Shown: piece by piece, positions 45,041 to 53,310 of the stretch
How positions within the stretch are numbered: position 1 is the stretch's first letter
Layout: every line of letters starts with the position of its first letter
Virus record (IMG/VR): IMGVR_UViG_3300037311_000222
Span: 5,894-69,893 of that record
Length of the DNA stretch: 64,000 nt
Direction: 5' to 3' (one strand)
Source: a virus
Taxonomy: Duplodnaviria > Caudoviricetes
Position numbers and translations under genes: made by a program
The notes under the pieces: generated by a model
What the model saw: the letters and a program-made list of their open reading frames with translations, nothing else
Told to the model about the DNA's origin: nothing
Database searches by the model: none

Positions 45041-45874
45041 TTACCTCAACAATAAATCTCGTTTATTTTTTAGACAGTTTTTATCGAACTGGTTTAAACC
45101 ACAAAAAGTTAAATACTCTTTTAATTTTTTTTCCGCATTCGCAGTTTCTACGGTTTCAACGTGTTTGGTTGGTTTAATCCAGGCGTAATCTTGATTGTTT
45201 TTAATAAAATAAGTAATGTATAATAGCGGAACAACAAAACTAAAGCTTAAACTTTGACTTCCGGCAAAAACAACTGCCGACAACTCTCCCTTTTCATTAA
45301 AAACGCCACTACCGCTATTTCCGGGTTGAATTAAATTCGTACTATACTGCGCATCGTGAATCTCAGTTACTGGTTTTCCAAAAAAAGAACATCCCATTGG
45401 ATCTTCAGTGCTTTCTTCTTCGGTACACTCTCTTACTGAGGTAACTACATTGATTTTTATTTCGTCCCCGTAATGACCAGTTGTTACAGTTTGGGGCAAT
45501 AACATAGGGTGTCCCGAAACCACCGACTTATCGCCAATCTTAGGAAAAGTGCCTGATATTTTTACACTGACGTTTAAGTTTGCTTTAGTTTCGATAATAC
45601 ACAAGTCATGTCTATCGAACGTTTTGTACCGATTAATGCGATATCCTTTGTTGTTATTTACAATAAGCCAATCTGTCTCAATAGACTCGCATACGTGCTT
45701 GTTTGTAATAATCAACGAACCAAAAACTCCAGACTCTATAATAGTTCCTGTTCCTCCAGAGCTAGATTCTTTATTTGTGATTTTAACCGTCACTTTTCTT
45801 AGTTCTTGGACGGTGGTTGGTTTAATTGTACTTGCGTGCGAAAAAACAAACAATAAAATTGCAATAAAATTCAT
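45041..45874 (-). CDS. secreted trypsin-like (S1) serine protease
   Basis: TNKHVC (His), HDLC (Asp), PGNSGSGVF (Ser); signal peptide. Confidence 0.9.
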   Translation of the reverse strand: MNFIAILLFVFSHASTIKPTTVQELRKVTVKITNKESSSGGTGTIIESGVFGSLIITNKHVCESIETDWLIVNNNKGYRINRYKTFDRHDLCIIETKANLNVSVKISGTFPKIGDKSVVSGHPMLLPQTVTTGHYGDEIKINVVTSVRECTEEESTEDPMGCSFFGKPVTEIHDAQYSTNLIQPGNSGSGVFNEKGELSAVVFAGSQSLSFSFVVPLLYITYFIKNNQDYAWIKPTKHVETVETANAEKKLKEYLTFCGLNQFDKNCLKNKRDLLLR

Positions 45875-45875
45875 T

Positions 45876-46196
45876 CTAATCTTCTTTCCAGATAATTGTT
45901 AATGTTACTATGTCTTGACCTTGAAAGTTATTTTCAGTAATTTGCGTTCTGTACCCTTTGGCTTCAAACAATTTTTGTAATTCATTTACGACTTTTGCTT
46001 CTTTTTTTAGAATATCAGCCGAATACGTAGTTGCGCCACGTTGTTCTGCAGTTCTGCGCATACTATCCATAAAGTTTGTTACAAGCGCTTTAATTTTAGA
46101 TTTATGAAGTTGTTCTTCTGTTGCTGTAATTTCTCTTAGCTCGTCTGCAGGAATAATCTCTGCGACATCATCGTCCATGTAATCTTCTAATTTCAT
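45876..46196 (-). CDS. hypothetical protein
   Basis: Coupled ORF. Confidence 0.65.
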   Translation of the reverse strand: MKLEDYMDDDVAEIIPADELREITATEEQLHKSKIKALVTNFMDSMRRTAEQRGATTYSADILKKEAKVVNELQKLFEAKGYRTQITENNFQGQDIVTLTIIWKED

Positions 46197-46552
46197 TTCT
46201 TTTTTCTCCTTTTATTCTTTCTTCCTAAATTTTCTTGTTCAGTTTTGGCGTGGTGATGAGCTTCACAAAGTATCTGAAACCCTTCTTTTTCACAAAATAA
46301 CCGACTGATGAAATTATTCCAATCAATAAATCCAACCGCAGGGTCTACCACCGGCTGTATATGGTCAACTTTTACTTGTTTAGCTTTCCATAAAATGTCT
46401 TTACCTTCTTTAACGCAATAGGCACATCGGTAGATACCTCGTTCAACTCTTGCCTCTTGCATAGCTTGTGTTCTTGGTGGGTAAGCAAAAGATGCCCGTC
46501 TTAAACGATTAATTAAAAATGATTTTAAATTAAAGTTTTTTTTGCCAGCCAC
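46193..46552 (-). CDS. HNH endonuclease
   Basis: CAYC...VDHIQPV...FQILCEAHHHAKT. Confidence 0.85.
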   Translation of the reverse strand: MAGKKNFNLKSFLINRLRRASFAYPPRTQAMQEARVERGIYRCAYCVKEGKDILWKAKQVKVDHIQPVVDPAVGFIDWNNFISRLFCEKEGFQILCEAHHHAKTEQENLGRKNKRRKKK

Positions 46553-46781
46553 AAACGTTACATCTCTTTAGTTTTACATGGTGAAAGTCGTGATAAATAA
46601 GCTCCCCTTTGCCACAGCTTGAACAAGGCTCATTTTGTAGGGTTTCTTCAAGCTCGATGGCTTCTGTTATCACGCCTTCATAAAAATGTTTTTGTCTTTC
46701 TAGTTGTTTTAGCTGTTTTTTTAATCTACGGTTTTCTGAACGTAAATATTCCAGCTCACTGCGCTCTTTTTGTCTTGCCAA
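46530..46781 (-). CDS. coiled coil plus zinc-ribbon protein
   Basis: CSSCGKG...CNVCGW. Confidence 0.65.
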   Translation of the reverse strand: MARQKERSELEYLRSENRRLKKQLKQLERQKHFYEGVITEAIELEETLQNEPCSSCGKGELIYHDFHHVKLKRCNVCGWQKKL

Positions 46782-47210
46782 TTAAATACCCGTTGAACCA
46801 AACCCTCCATCACCGCGAGGTGTGGAGTTTAATTCTTTAACAATTTTAAAATTAACAGGGATAGCTTTAGTAACTTGCATTTGAAGAATTTTATCTCCAA
46901 CCTCGTAATCTGGTAAAGTCGGGATGATTTTGTAAAATACGGCTTTGTATTCTCCTGTATATCCTTCGTCACCTGTTCCAATACAATTGCTTAATATCAT
47001 GCCCGTCTTGTGAATAGAGCTTCGTGCTCTAAAATCAAATTGAATGCCTTGCTCTTTAAGCTCTGGTTGGAGTTTAATGCCTAGTCCATACTCAATCCGA
47101 CTATCGCCTAGGTTTTTCTTACTAGTTGCAACAACATCGTAACAAGCGTCAGTTTCGTGCGCTTTAAGCGGTACTACAGCATTGTCTGAGAGAACAAGTT
47201 TAATTGTCAT
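46782..47210 (-). CDS. dut: dUTPase (trimeric)
   Basis: ACYDV, RARSS, GTGDEGYTGE, RGDGGFGSTG motifs. Confidence 0.93.
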   Translation of the reverse strand: MTIKLVLSDNAVVPLKAHETDACYDVVATSKKNLGDSRIEYGLGIKLQPELKEQGIQFDFRARSSIHKTGMILSNCIGTGDEGYTGEYKAVFYKIIPTLPDYEVGDKILQMQVTKAIPVNFKIVKELNSTPRGDGGFGSTGI

Positions 47211-47216
47211 ATAATG

Positions 47217-47245
47217 AATATGTCTAATTTTTATACAATTGTCAA
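47217..47245 (-). promoter_or_regulatory. sigma70-type promoter, probably leaderless
   Basis: TTGACA-17 nt-CATATT; exactly 6 nt to ATG 47210; no SD. Confidence 0.55.
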
Positions 47246-47279
47246 GAGTTTATTTAAAAAATGTAAATAGTTAAAATTG

Positions 47280-47981
47280 TTAAATATTCCAGTTATTTTT
47301 TTCAAGCCATTCAATCGCAACTGGTGCAACATTTTGTGCTTTAACTTCATCAAGCATTAATTTAGCAACTTCTTGAATTTCAAGTTGCGCGTGAGATTCG
47401 TTACGTAGTTTTTGATAGTTAGCAAATGATCTTAAATTAAAGATAGTAACACGTTCAGTCATATTGTGTTGAGGTAAAACGCCGCGAACAAACTCTCTAA
47501 CTCTTTTATATTCAGTGCTAGTGATTAAGGAGCGATCTTTATCTTCGAACGCCGCTTTCATAGCTTTGCATTCGTTTTCATAAAAGTCGTTAGCAAGTTT
47601 ACAAATTTCATTATATTTTTTTTTAAATATGTTAGCTTCATCGGGATGAACTTTAGAGTAGATATCTAAAACGTCTTGAGGTAAGGCTAAAAACTCTCTA
47701 GGCATTGTTCTATATCTACCGCTCATTCCATTATGACTTCCTATTCGATGAGTCATATGCTGGCGATCAATTGCGATTGGTAGTTTTATCCAAAATCTCA
47801 TTACAACTGATTCAAAAGGAGTGGCGTGTCGATCTTTTGCTAACATTTCAACAACACGTTTAACGTCTTCTTTAGTTTTTTTATTTTTCTGTTGATAAGT
47901 AGAACTTGAAGTCCATGCCGCTTCAGCTATGCTTCTATCGTCACCCATCACTTCCTGTAGTTCTACTTTAATCTGACTCAT
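47280..47981 (-). CDS. thyX: flavin-dependent thymidylate synthase
   Basis: HATPFE, RQHMTHRIGSHNGMSGRY, NLRSFANYQKLR...HAQLEI. Confidence 0.93.
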   Translation of the reverse strand: MSQIKVELQEVMGDDRSIAEAAWTSSSTYQQKNKKTKEDVKRVVEMLAKDRHATPFESVVMRFWIKLPIAIDRQHMTHRIGSHNGMSGRYRTMPREFLALPQDVLDIYSKVHPDEANIFKKKYNEICKLANDFYENECKAMKAAFEDKDRSLITSTEYKRVREFVRGVLPQHNMTERVTIFNLRSFANYQKLRNESHAQLEIQEVAKLMLDEVKAQNVAPVAIEWLEKNNWNI

Positions 47982-47993
47982 ACTTAATTCCTT

Positions 47994-49847
47994 TTAAACA
48001 ATCTCGCAAGCGTTGCCACTGCACGCAATACTCTCAACTCGCGTAGTGTTGTCAGTTTCTTCTTTTACTTGTTTTAAGTCAATTTCTTTTACTAGTTTTG
48101 ACATTTCTTCGTATTTTTCTTTAGTACAATCTTCAAATGGAGCCTGTTGATAAGTACCTCCGTTATAAGGGAGTAAACTAATGCCAGCGTATAAATCTCT
48201 GTTTTCCCACATTTGATTACGCAAATTTTCCCACTCATTGTCTTTAACAGAAATAGTAACAGATACATTGTGTTTATTGTCACCATAACGATGACCAGAG
48301 TTAATCCAATTTCTACTGTAGTAAAGCGTTCGATTAAATAACGATAAAGCCGTTTCGTTTTCTCTAAGAATAGCTCCTTCAGGGCTTTCTTGAGGAATAC
48401 TCACTACAACTCCTGTAGAGCTAAATAAATCATCTTCAACTAGATTAGGGATTGCGTGTTTTAAGTAAACAGCTAGACTATCATCTTTATTCATTCTGAT
48501 TCGACGAATATAGTGTTGCGCGTGTCTAGCATGAATACCGCTGGAACTTCCTAGTACGCAACTAGAAGTACCTTCAGGTTTAATTGCTGTAGCTCTAGCA
48601 GCAATGTTTATTCCTAATTTTTTAGCATATTTTTCATTAACATCTAAAACTAGTTGTCCTGCTTTTTTTAAAAGCTCAGCGTTGATTGACGATTTGCTGT
48701 CCGCAATCCCCGTAAAGCTAACTCCGAGTAATGCTTCTTTTTCCGTTGTTAATTGCCAAGAAGGTCGAAGGTAGTCAAAATCAGTATAACTAGCTTGTAA
48801 TGTCCCAATTAAAGCGGCTTGATAAACTCTGTTCAAAAAATCTTTTTCATTTTTAATATTAGTTTGATTAATAGTAGTTAAATTACAAAATTGATTAGAA
48901 TTTAACGCTATTTCCACGCAAGGATTTGCACCCATATCAACGTTGTTAGTCCAGTAAAATCCAGGCTCACCACTTCCTGATTCTTGACAAATTTTAAATA
49001 TTTCAAAAAATTCATCTTTAGAAACTAAATTTCTAGGGAGAACGGCGCTATTATTTGCTCTAGCTCTCCAAGGTGCAGTATTCCACCACTCTCCTGATTT
49101 GCACTTTAGCATTTCGGTGTCATTTGTATCAAATAAAGAAATTAAAGCAGCCCTTCGGATTCCTCCTGCTAGCACCGCATCGGAAATGATACAAATAATA
49201 TCATGTAATTCTAAAGGTCTGAGTTGTCTACCAATTGCATTTTTTAAACGTTCTTCTACCATTTCAAGCATTTTTTTAAGAGGCTCTGGTCCAGGCGCCT
49301 TTGCTCCGGTAGTGACCAAATAACTACCTTTAGGTCTAATATCTCCAAAATCAAAACGAGGTTTAACTCTACCGTAAAAATATGCCTCCATTAATAAATC
49401 GATAGATTGAGCCCAACCCATAATAGAATCTTGAACAGAAAAAAAACCATTTTCTTTCGGTTGTTTTAGTTTTGGTAAATTACGAACGTGATGTTTTTGA
49501 ACCGAAAATCCTACGCCTACTCCAGAAAGAAGTAAATATAAAATTTCACCAAAAACTCTAACATTATCAACATTTGTAAATGAACAATTGTATTGTCTTG
49601 CGTGATTTTTTAAAATAGCTTCGCCGGAAAACTGTAAAGCTCTCATTGAGGGCATTACCTTAAGATCGTGAACGTAATTATAAGCTTTGGTTATATCGCT
49701 AGATAGTTTAGGGAACCTATCTAAATGCATGTTCATATTTCTATTAATAGATTCAGCTAAAGACTCTCTGCGTCCTAAATGAGGCACAAATTTAGCATAA
49801 GTTCTAAAAGCAACAATTGCACTGAGCAATAGATTGGATGCGTTCAT
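47994..49847 (-). CDS. nrdJ: class II (B12-dependent) ribonucleotide reductase
   Basis: YNCSF, GVGVGFS, AGGIRRAA, ANPCVEI, FCNL, TAIKPEGTSS, C-terminal CSGNAC; no nrdB present. Confidence 0.9.
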   Translation of the reverse strand: MNASNLLLSAIVAFRTYAKFVPHLGRRESLAESINRNMNMHLDRFPKLSSDITKAYNYVHDLKVMPSMRALQFSGEAILKNHARQYNCSFTNVDNVRVFGEILYLLLSGVGVGFSVQKHHVRNLPKLKQPKENGFFSVQDSIMGWAQSIDLLMEAYFYGRVKPRFDFGDIRPKGSYLVTTGAKAPGPEPLKKMLEMVEERLKNAIGRQLRPLELHDIICIISDAVLAGGIRRAALISLFDTNDTEMLKCKSGEWWNTAPWRARANNSAVLPRNLVSKDEFFEIFKICQESGSGEPGFYWTNNVDMGANPCVEIALNSNQFCNLTTINQTNIKNEKDFLNRVYQAALIGTLQASYTDFDYLRPSWQLTTEKEALLGVSFTGIADSKSSINAELLKKAGQLVLDVNEKYAKKLGINIAARATAIKPEGTSSCVLGSSSGIHARHAQHYIRRIRMNKDDSLAVYLKHAIPNLVEDDLFSSTGVVVSIPQESPEGAILRENETALSLFNRTLYYSRNWINSGHRYGDNKHNVSVTISVKDNEWENLRNQMWENRDLYAGISLLPYNGGTYQQAPFEDCTKEKYEEMSKLVKEIDLKQVKEETDNTTRVESIACSGNACEIV

Positions 49848-49871
49848 TAAAAAAATCTCCGTTGTAAAATT

Positions 49872-50228
49872 TTATTCTTCGAAAGGTAAATACAAACTAT
49901 CGCCAACAATACTACTTAAGTCTTTTTTGTCATCGACATGTCTAGAAGGCTTGCTCATACAAACGTGAACATATTTTGTTAATTTAAGTTTTTTAATAAC
50001 TTGTTCGCACCATTCATAGCTATTTTTTGACCACGCAATAACATAATCTCCTCTATTAAAACAGTGTTTTAAAAAAGTAACATGAAACTTATGAGGAGTT
50101 AAGTATATTTTTTCATCACCGTAATCAAACTCGATTGTTTTATCAGTTTTAACTCTAAAGTTTTTATACATTACTAGAGTATCGTCAATATCAAAAACAG
50201 TAATGTTATTACTTTTAATTGTTTTCAA
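49872..50228 (-). CDS. HAD-superfamily phosphatase-like protein
   Basis: VFDIDDTLV (DxD), WS, KP...VDD. Confidence 0.7.
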   Translation of the reverse strand: MKTIKSNNITVFDIDDTLVMYKNFRVKTDKTIEFDYGDEKIYLTPHKFHVTFLKHCFNRGDYVIAWSKNSYEWCEQVIKKLKLTKYVHVCMSKPSRHVDDKKDLSSIVGDSLYLPFEE

Positions 50229-50491
50229 CCAAAATCCTCGTCTGGTATATGTTTATATTCCACCAGAGGTAAATCACTGTTTTTTGTTACAGAAACAAGT
50301 TTTGTATCGCCATAAACTCGCATAATCATATACCAATCAAGACTTTCAGTGTACAACAACTCTTCCACTTCGTAAAGACCTTTTGTGTTAGGCACTTTAA
50401 CTAAATCAGCCCGTTTAAACGGATGCTTTGGTAAAGTCCATTTTACAATTGGTAATAGGATCATTCTAATTACGTATTTTAGTTTACTCAT
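50225..50491 (-). CDS. hypothetical protein
   Basis: Coupled ORF. Confidence 0.6.
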   Translation of the reverse strand: MSKLKYVIRMILLPIVKWTLPKHPFKRADLVKVPNTKGLYEVEELLYTESLDWYMIMRVYGDTKLVSVTKNSDLPLVEYKHIPDEDFG

Positions 50492-50987
50492 TCTTAAACC
50501 TATCGTCTAGATATGGCCGTGTCTCACTAAGCTCAATTGCCATAGCTAAGTTTGCCATGGCGTTTCCTAGATGATGGTTTTGACTTTTTTGATCGATGTT
50601 TTCACCAGCATTAAACTCGTTAATGTGGCGCAAAGCCGCATCTAAAAGATATGATATCTTGATACCAGACCTCCAGTTGTGAGCACCGTAGTGTTTTTCT
50701 CCGTAAGTTAAGGCTCCGCCTAAAGCCCATAAAGCTTTTTGAGGAATTAACGACAAACGAGGTTTTGACATATCACCAATTGCGTCTTTTTTCCCAACAA
50801 GAAGTTTTTGCTCTCCTTCAACGACCTCTTTCGCCGTATAAAAACTATCGTACATAGGTTCGCCATGTTCGTTAACAGTTTCGTTAGTTGATTTAATTTC
50901 GTAGTTATCTCCGGGTTTAATGTATAAAGTTTGTGTTTCTGGGTAATCACGAATGCTACCATCTTTGTGTCTATAAACATTGCTCAC
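50484..50987 (-). CDS. dATP/dGTP diphosphohydrolase-like (DUF5664-type) protein; start probably GTG 50987 (track: 51044)
   Basis: KPRLSLIP...LTYGEKHYGAHNWRSG...DAALRH...HHLGNAMAN; GTGA overlap with upstream micro-ORF. Confidence 0.75.
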   Translation of the reverse strand: MSNVYRHKDGSIRDYPETQTLYIKPGDNYEIKSTNETVNEHGEPMYDSFYTAKEVVEGEQKLLVGKKDAIGDMSKPRLSLIPQKALWALGGALTYGEKHYGAHNWRSGIKISYLLDAALRHINEFNAGENIDQKSQNHHLGNAMANLAMAIELSETRPYLDDRFKNE

Positions 50988-51106
50988 AATACCCCCAAGT
51001 AAACTACATGTTTCGGTGTGATACAAAACTCGCTCCAATACCAATGTTGTAACTCATCCGCGACTTGTATAGCGTCTACATCTGAAAAATACCAAACGTG
51101 AAGCAT
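50984..51106 (-). CDS. 40-aa micro-ORF (MLHVWYFSDVD...)
   Basis: Strong SD GGAGG 4 nt upstream; GTGA-coupled to next gene. Confidence 0.55.
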   Translation of the reverse strand: MLHVWYFSDVDAIQVADELQHWYWSEFCITPKHVVYLGVL

Positions 51107-51120
51107 ATTCCTCCATAAAA

Positions 51121-51364
51121 AACGTAACGTATCCGGGCGCGACTCCGGCTCTTGTATCTACTAAGGTTTAACCGCACGTTCGGAGCCGTCGCCCATCGAA
51201 CTTTGATTCTTACAACCATACTTTAAAAGCTTAGCAATGCGTCTGCTTTCGGTAATGACCCTTATGTTCAATACGCTCTATTGTCTTTCGTGTGTGCCTA
51301 GCACTTCGAGATTATTCTATTGAGATGACACATCCTACCAGTGCTGCTTTCCACCTTACGTTAC
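51121..51364 (-). ncRNA. unassigned structured ncRNA candidate, about 245 nt
   Basis: Own promoter; 5' GTAACGTA pairs with 3' TACGTTAC followed by T-run; several internal helices; no ORF. Confidence 0.65.
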
Positions 51365-51370
51365 AAATAC

Positions 51371-51399
51371 AATATACTAAATTTTTACTTATTAATCAA
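51371..51399 (-). promoter_or_regulatory. sigma70-type promoter for ncRNA candidate
   Basis: TTGATT-17 nt-TATATT; +1 predicted at G 51364. Confidence 0.6.
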
Positions 51400-51591
51400 G
51401 AAAAATCTTAGCAAGGGTTAAACTGTACGAGCCGCTTCGCGGTCTTTTGCAACCACACAGGCAAGGTTTTGGACACGAGACCCCTTGTTAAGAATAAAAA
51501 GTCTACAACATACACCGTTAGTTGCCAGTCTAACCCTATCATTACGTGTTTGGCAGAACACATCCTAGTCACTTGTGTATGTCTTATAGGT

Positions 51592-51813
51592 TCAAGACTT
51601 TTTTGAAAAAAACCATCTAAACCCAACTTTACCGTTTTCTTCAATACTTTGTTGCACTAATTCAATTTGAGACGGTAACAACCGAGTTTCAGCAAGATAA
51701 GCTTTAGCAAAGTCGCTTAATATCTTATCGCGCTGCTCCAATAATTGCTTAGCTATGTCTTGTTCATTTCCAGAAAAAGAAACTTCTTTATTTGTTTGAT
51801 CTTTTACGTTCAT
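51592..51813 (-). CDS. hypothetical protein
   Basis: SD AAGGA; clean ORF. Confidence 0.65.
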   Translation of the reverse strand: MNVKDQTNKEVSFSGNEQDIAKQLLEQRDKILSDFAKAYLAETRLLPSQIELVQQSIEENGKVGFRWFFSKKS

Positions 51814-52312
51814 ATTTTTCCTTTAATTTTCTTCTAAATTCGTTTCGTTTACTAACTGAGGGTGATTCTCCATGTTTCCAGTAATGCGTGTAAACAAAAC
51901 GTTGAAAATCGTTTTCTTTTTGAAATTTCCAATAAGGTATTTTTATGTTAACTTCCTTTATTATAGTTTTGTGATATTGCATTCCTAATAGTTCAAAATC
52001 TAGAATAGCTTTTCTTTGGTCTTCCGTTGGCTTTGTATCAAGAAGTTCTTTATCTAACGCTCTATCAACTTGAGCAGGAACTGTTTTATTATTGTAAACG
52101 AATGATAAGTGATGTCCGAGTTCGTGCACAAAATCTAATATAAGATCTGTTTTTGATTTTTCCGCATTTTCGTATATAATAATTTCACTGCCGTCTATCG
52201 CCCAAGCTGCGCTATCTGACGAATACTTAACGTAAGGTTTATAAGTTACTTTTAACCCTAAACCTTCTGCGTATTTCTTTAATCTTTTAAGCTCTTCGTC
52301 TCTAATACCCAA
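51788..52312 (-). CDS. zincin-like metallopeptidase (HExxH)
   Basis: FVHELGHH...E. Confidence 0.65.
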   Translation of the reverse strand: MGIRDEELKRLKKYAEGLGLKVTYKPYVKYSSDSAAWAIDGSEIIIYENAEKSKTDLILDFVHELGHHLSFVYNNKTVPAQVDRALDKELLDTKPTEDQRKAILDFELLGMQYHKTIIKEVNIKIPYWKFQKENDFQRFVYTHYWKHGESPSVSKRNEFRRKLKEKYERKRSNK

Positions 52313-52315
52313 AAT

Positions 52316-53083
52316 TTATCTCAATATTTTTTTTGTGTTTTTAAGAAGATTAACTCCGTCTTTAAACTCTTTTCCGCATTTGTTACAGCGATAGCGTTGG
52401 AATTTGCCGGTATTAGAATAAGAAAACCCGCGTTTAAGTAAGCTTGTTGAGCCGCAGGTACACACAACGCTACCATCTTCGTTATAAACATTCAAGTTAA
52501 TGCTATTATCCCAGCTTTTGTATAGATTATAAGACTCTTCTAAACTCAACACGTCGTATTTATTGTAAATTTCCATTTCTTTAAAAGCGTTCTTATTACC
52601 TTTTAAGCATTCTTTCCACATAGAAAATCCTGGAAACTTTTTGTGGTCTAATTTTTTATATTTTTTATTAAGTTTATCAGTAACGTAAGCAAGTTTATTT
52701 GATGTGTGTGCAAATTGTTTTCTTGATATTCTAAGTAAATCGATATGTCTATAGCTTGATGGAGGCTGCATACCTTGAATAATAAAACGAGAATTTAATT
52801 TTTTGGCATCAAAACTTAAGCCGTTTTGGGTTATTACTACATCCGATTCATCGAGTAATTTCCATATTTGTTGTAATATCTTCTTATCATTGCGTGGGTT
52901 TTTTTCATTACGAGTATCCGCGTACATAACTTCTTTCTCGCCTAGCCATTTAGCCGACCACGAAAGAACTGACCAATCTTCTTTAATTTGTTGTAGTCCT
53001 ACATTTTGGTCTCTCAAACCCCATACGTAGGCTTCAATTGGAGATGTTTCAATATCAAAAATTAAGATTTTGGGTTTTTTCAT
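52316..53083 (-). CDS. RNase H-like DEDD 3'-5' exonuclease with C-terminal zinc ribbon
   Basis: FDIET, NGLSFD, YNKYDV, CTCG...CNKCG. Confidence 0.85.
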   Translation of the reverse strand: MKKPKILIFDIETSPIEAYVWGLRDQNVGLQQIKEDWSVLSWSAKWLGEKEVMYADTRNEKNPRNDKKILQQIWKLLDESDVVITQNGLSFDAKKLNSRFIIQGMQPPSSYRHIDLLRISRKQFAHTSNKLAYVTDKLNKKYKKLDHKKFPGFSMWKECLKGNKNAFKEMEIYNKYDVLSLEESYNLYKSWDNSINLNVYNEDGSVVCTCGSTSLLKRGFSYSNTGKFQRYRCNKCGKEFKDGVNLLKNTKKILR

Positions 53084-53310
53084 TTAATTTCACCTTTCGA
53101 GCGTAATATTACATAAAGTCGATGAATTTCTAATTCTAGTTCAACCCTTGTTATTTCGTATTCTTTTAATAAATCCCAAATCGATACACCACAACCAATG
53201 TAAGGATAAAACATATCGCTAATAGAATCAAGCTCTTTCTTGAACTTCTTAAGTGTATTATATTTTTCTTTAGTTTGTTTATAAAACTTCATGTCGTAAA
53301 TTTGGCTCAT
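53080..53310 (-). CDS. hypothetical protein
   Basis: ATGA-coupled on both sides. Confidence 0.6.
   Translation of the reverse strand: MSQIYDMKFYKQTKEKYNTLKKFKKELDSISDMFYPYIGCGVSIWDLLKEYEITRVELELEIHRLYVILRSKGEIK

Noticed and set aside
51121-51364. Cobalamin riboswitch, RNase P RNA or SRP RNA identity for the ncRNA
   Set aside because: Only fragments resemble them (GAGCCGGAG, GTGGAAAG, ATACAAGAGCCGG, AGCAGC). The B12 T-loop/GGGAA core, RNase P P4 pairing and SRP helix 8 could not be built by eye; an Infernal search is still needed
51421-51450. Group II intron domain V-like hairpin (GAGCCGCTTCGCGG)
   Set aside because: Lacks the 34-nt D5 geometry and D6; no interrupted gene or reverse transcriptase
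51408-51644. 78-aa ORF from the track
   Set aside because: Overlaps the end of 51592..51813, lacks an SD, looks unlike a protein and coincides with paired RNA helices
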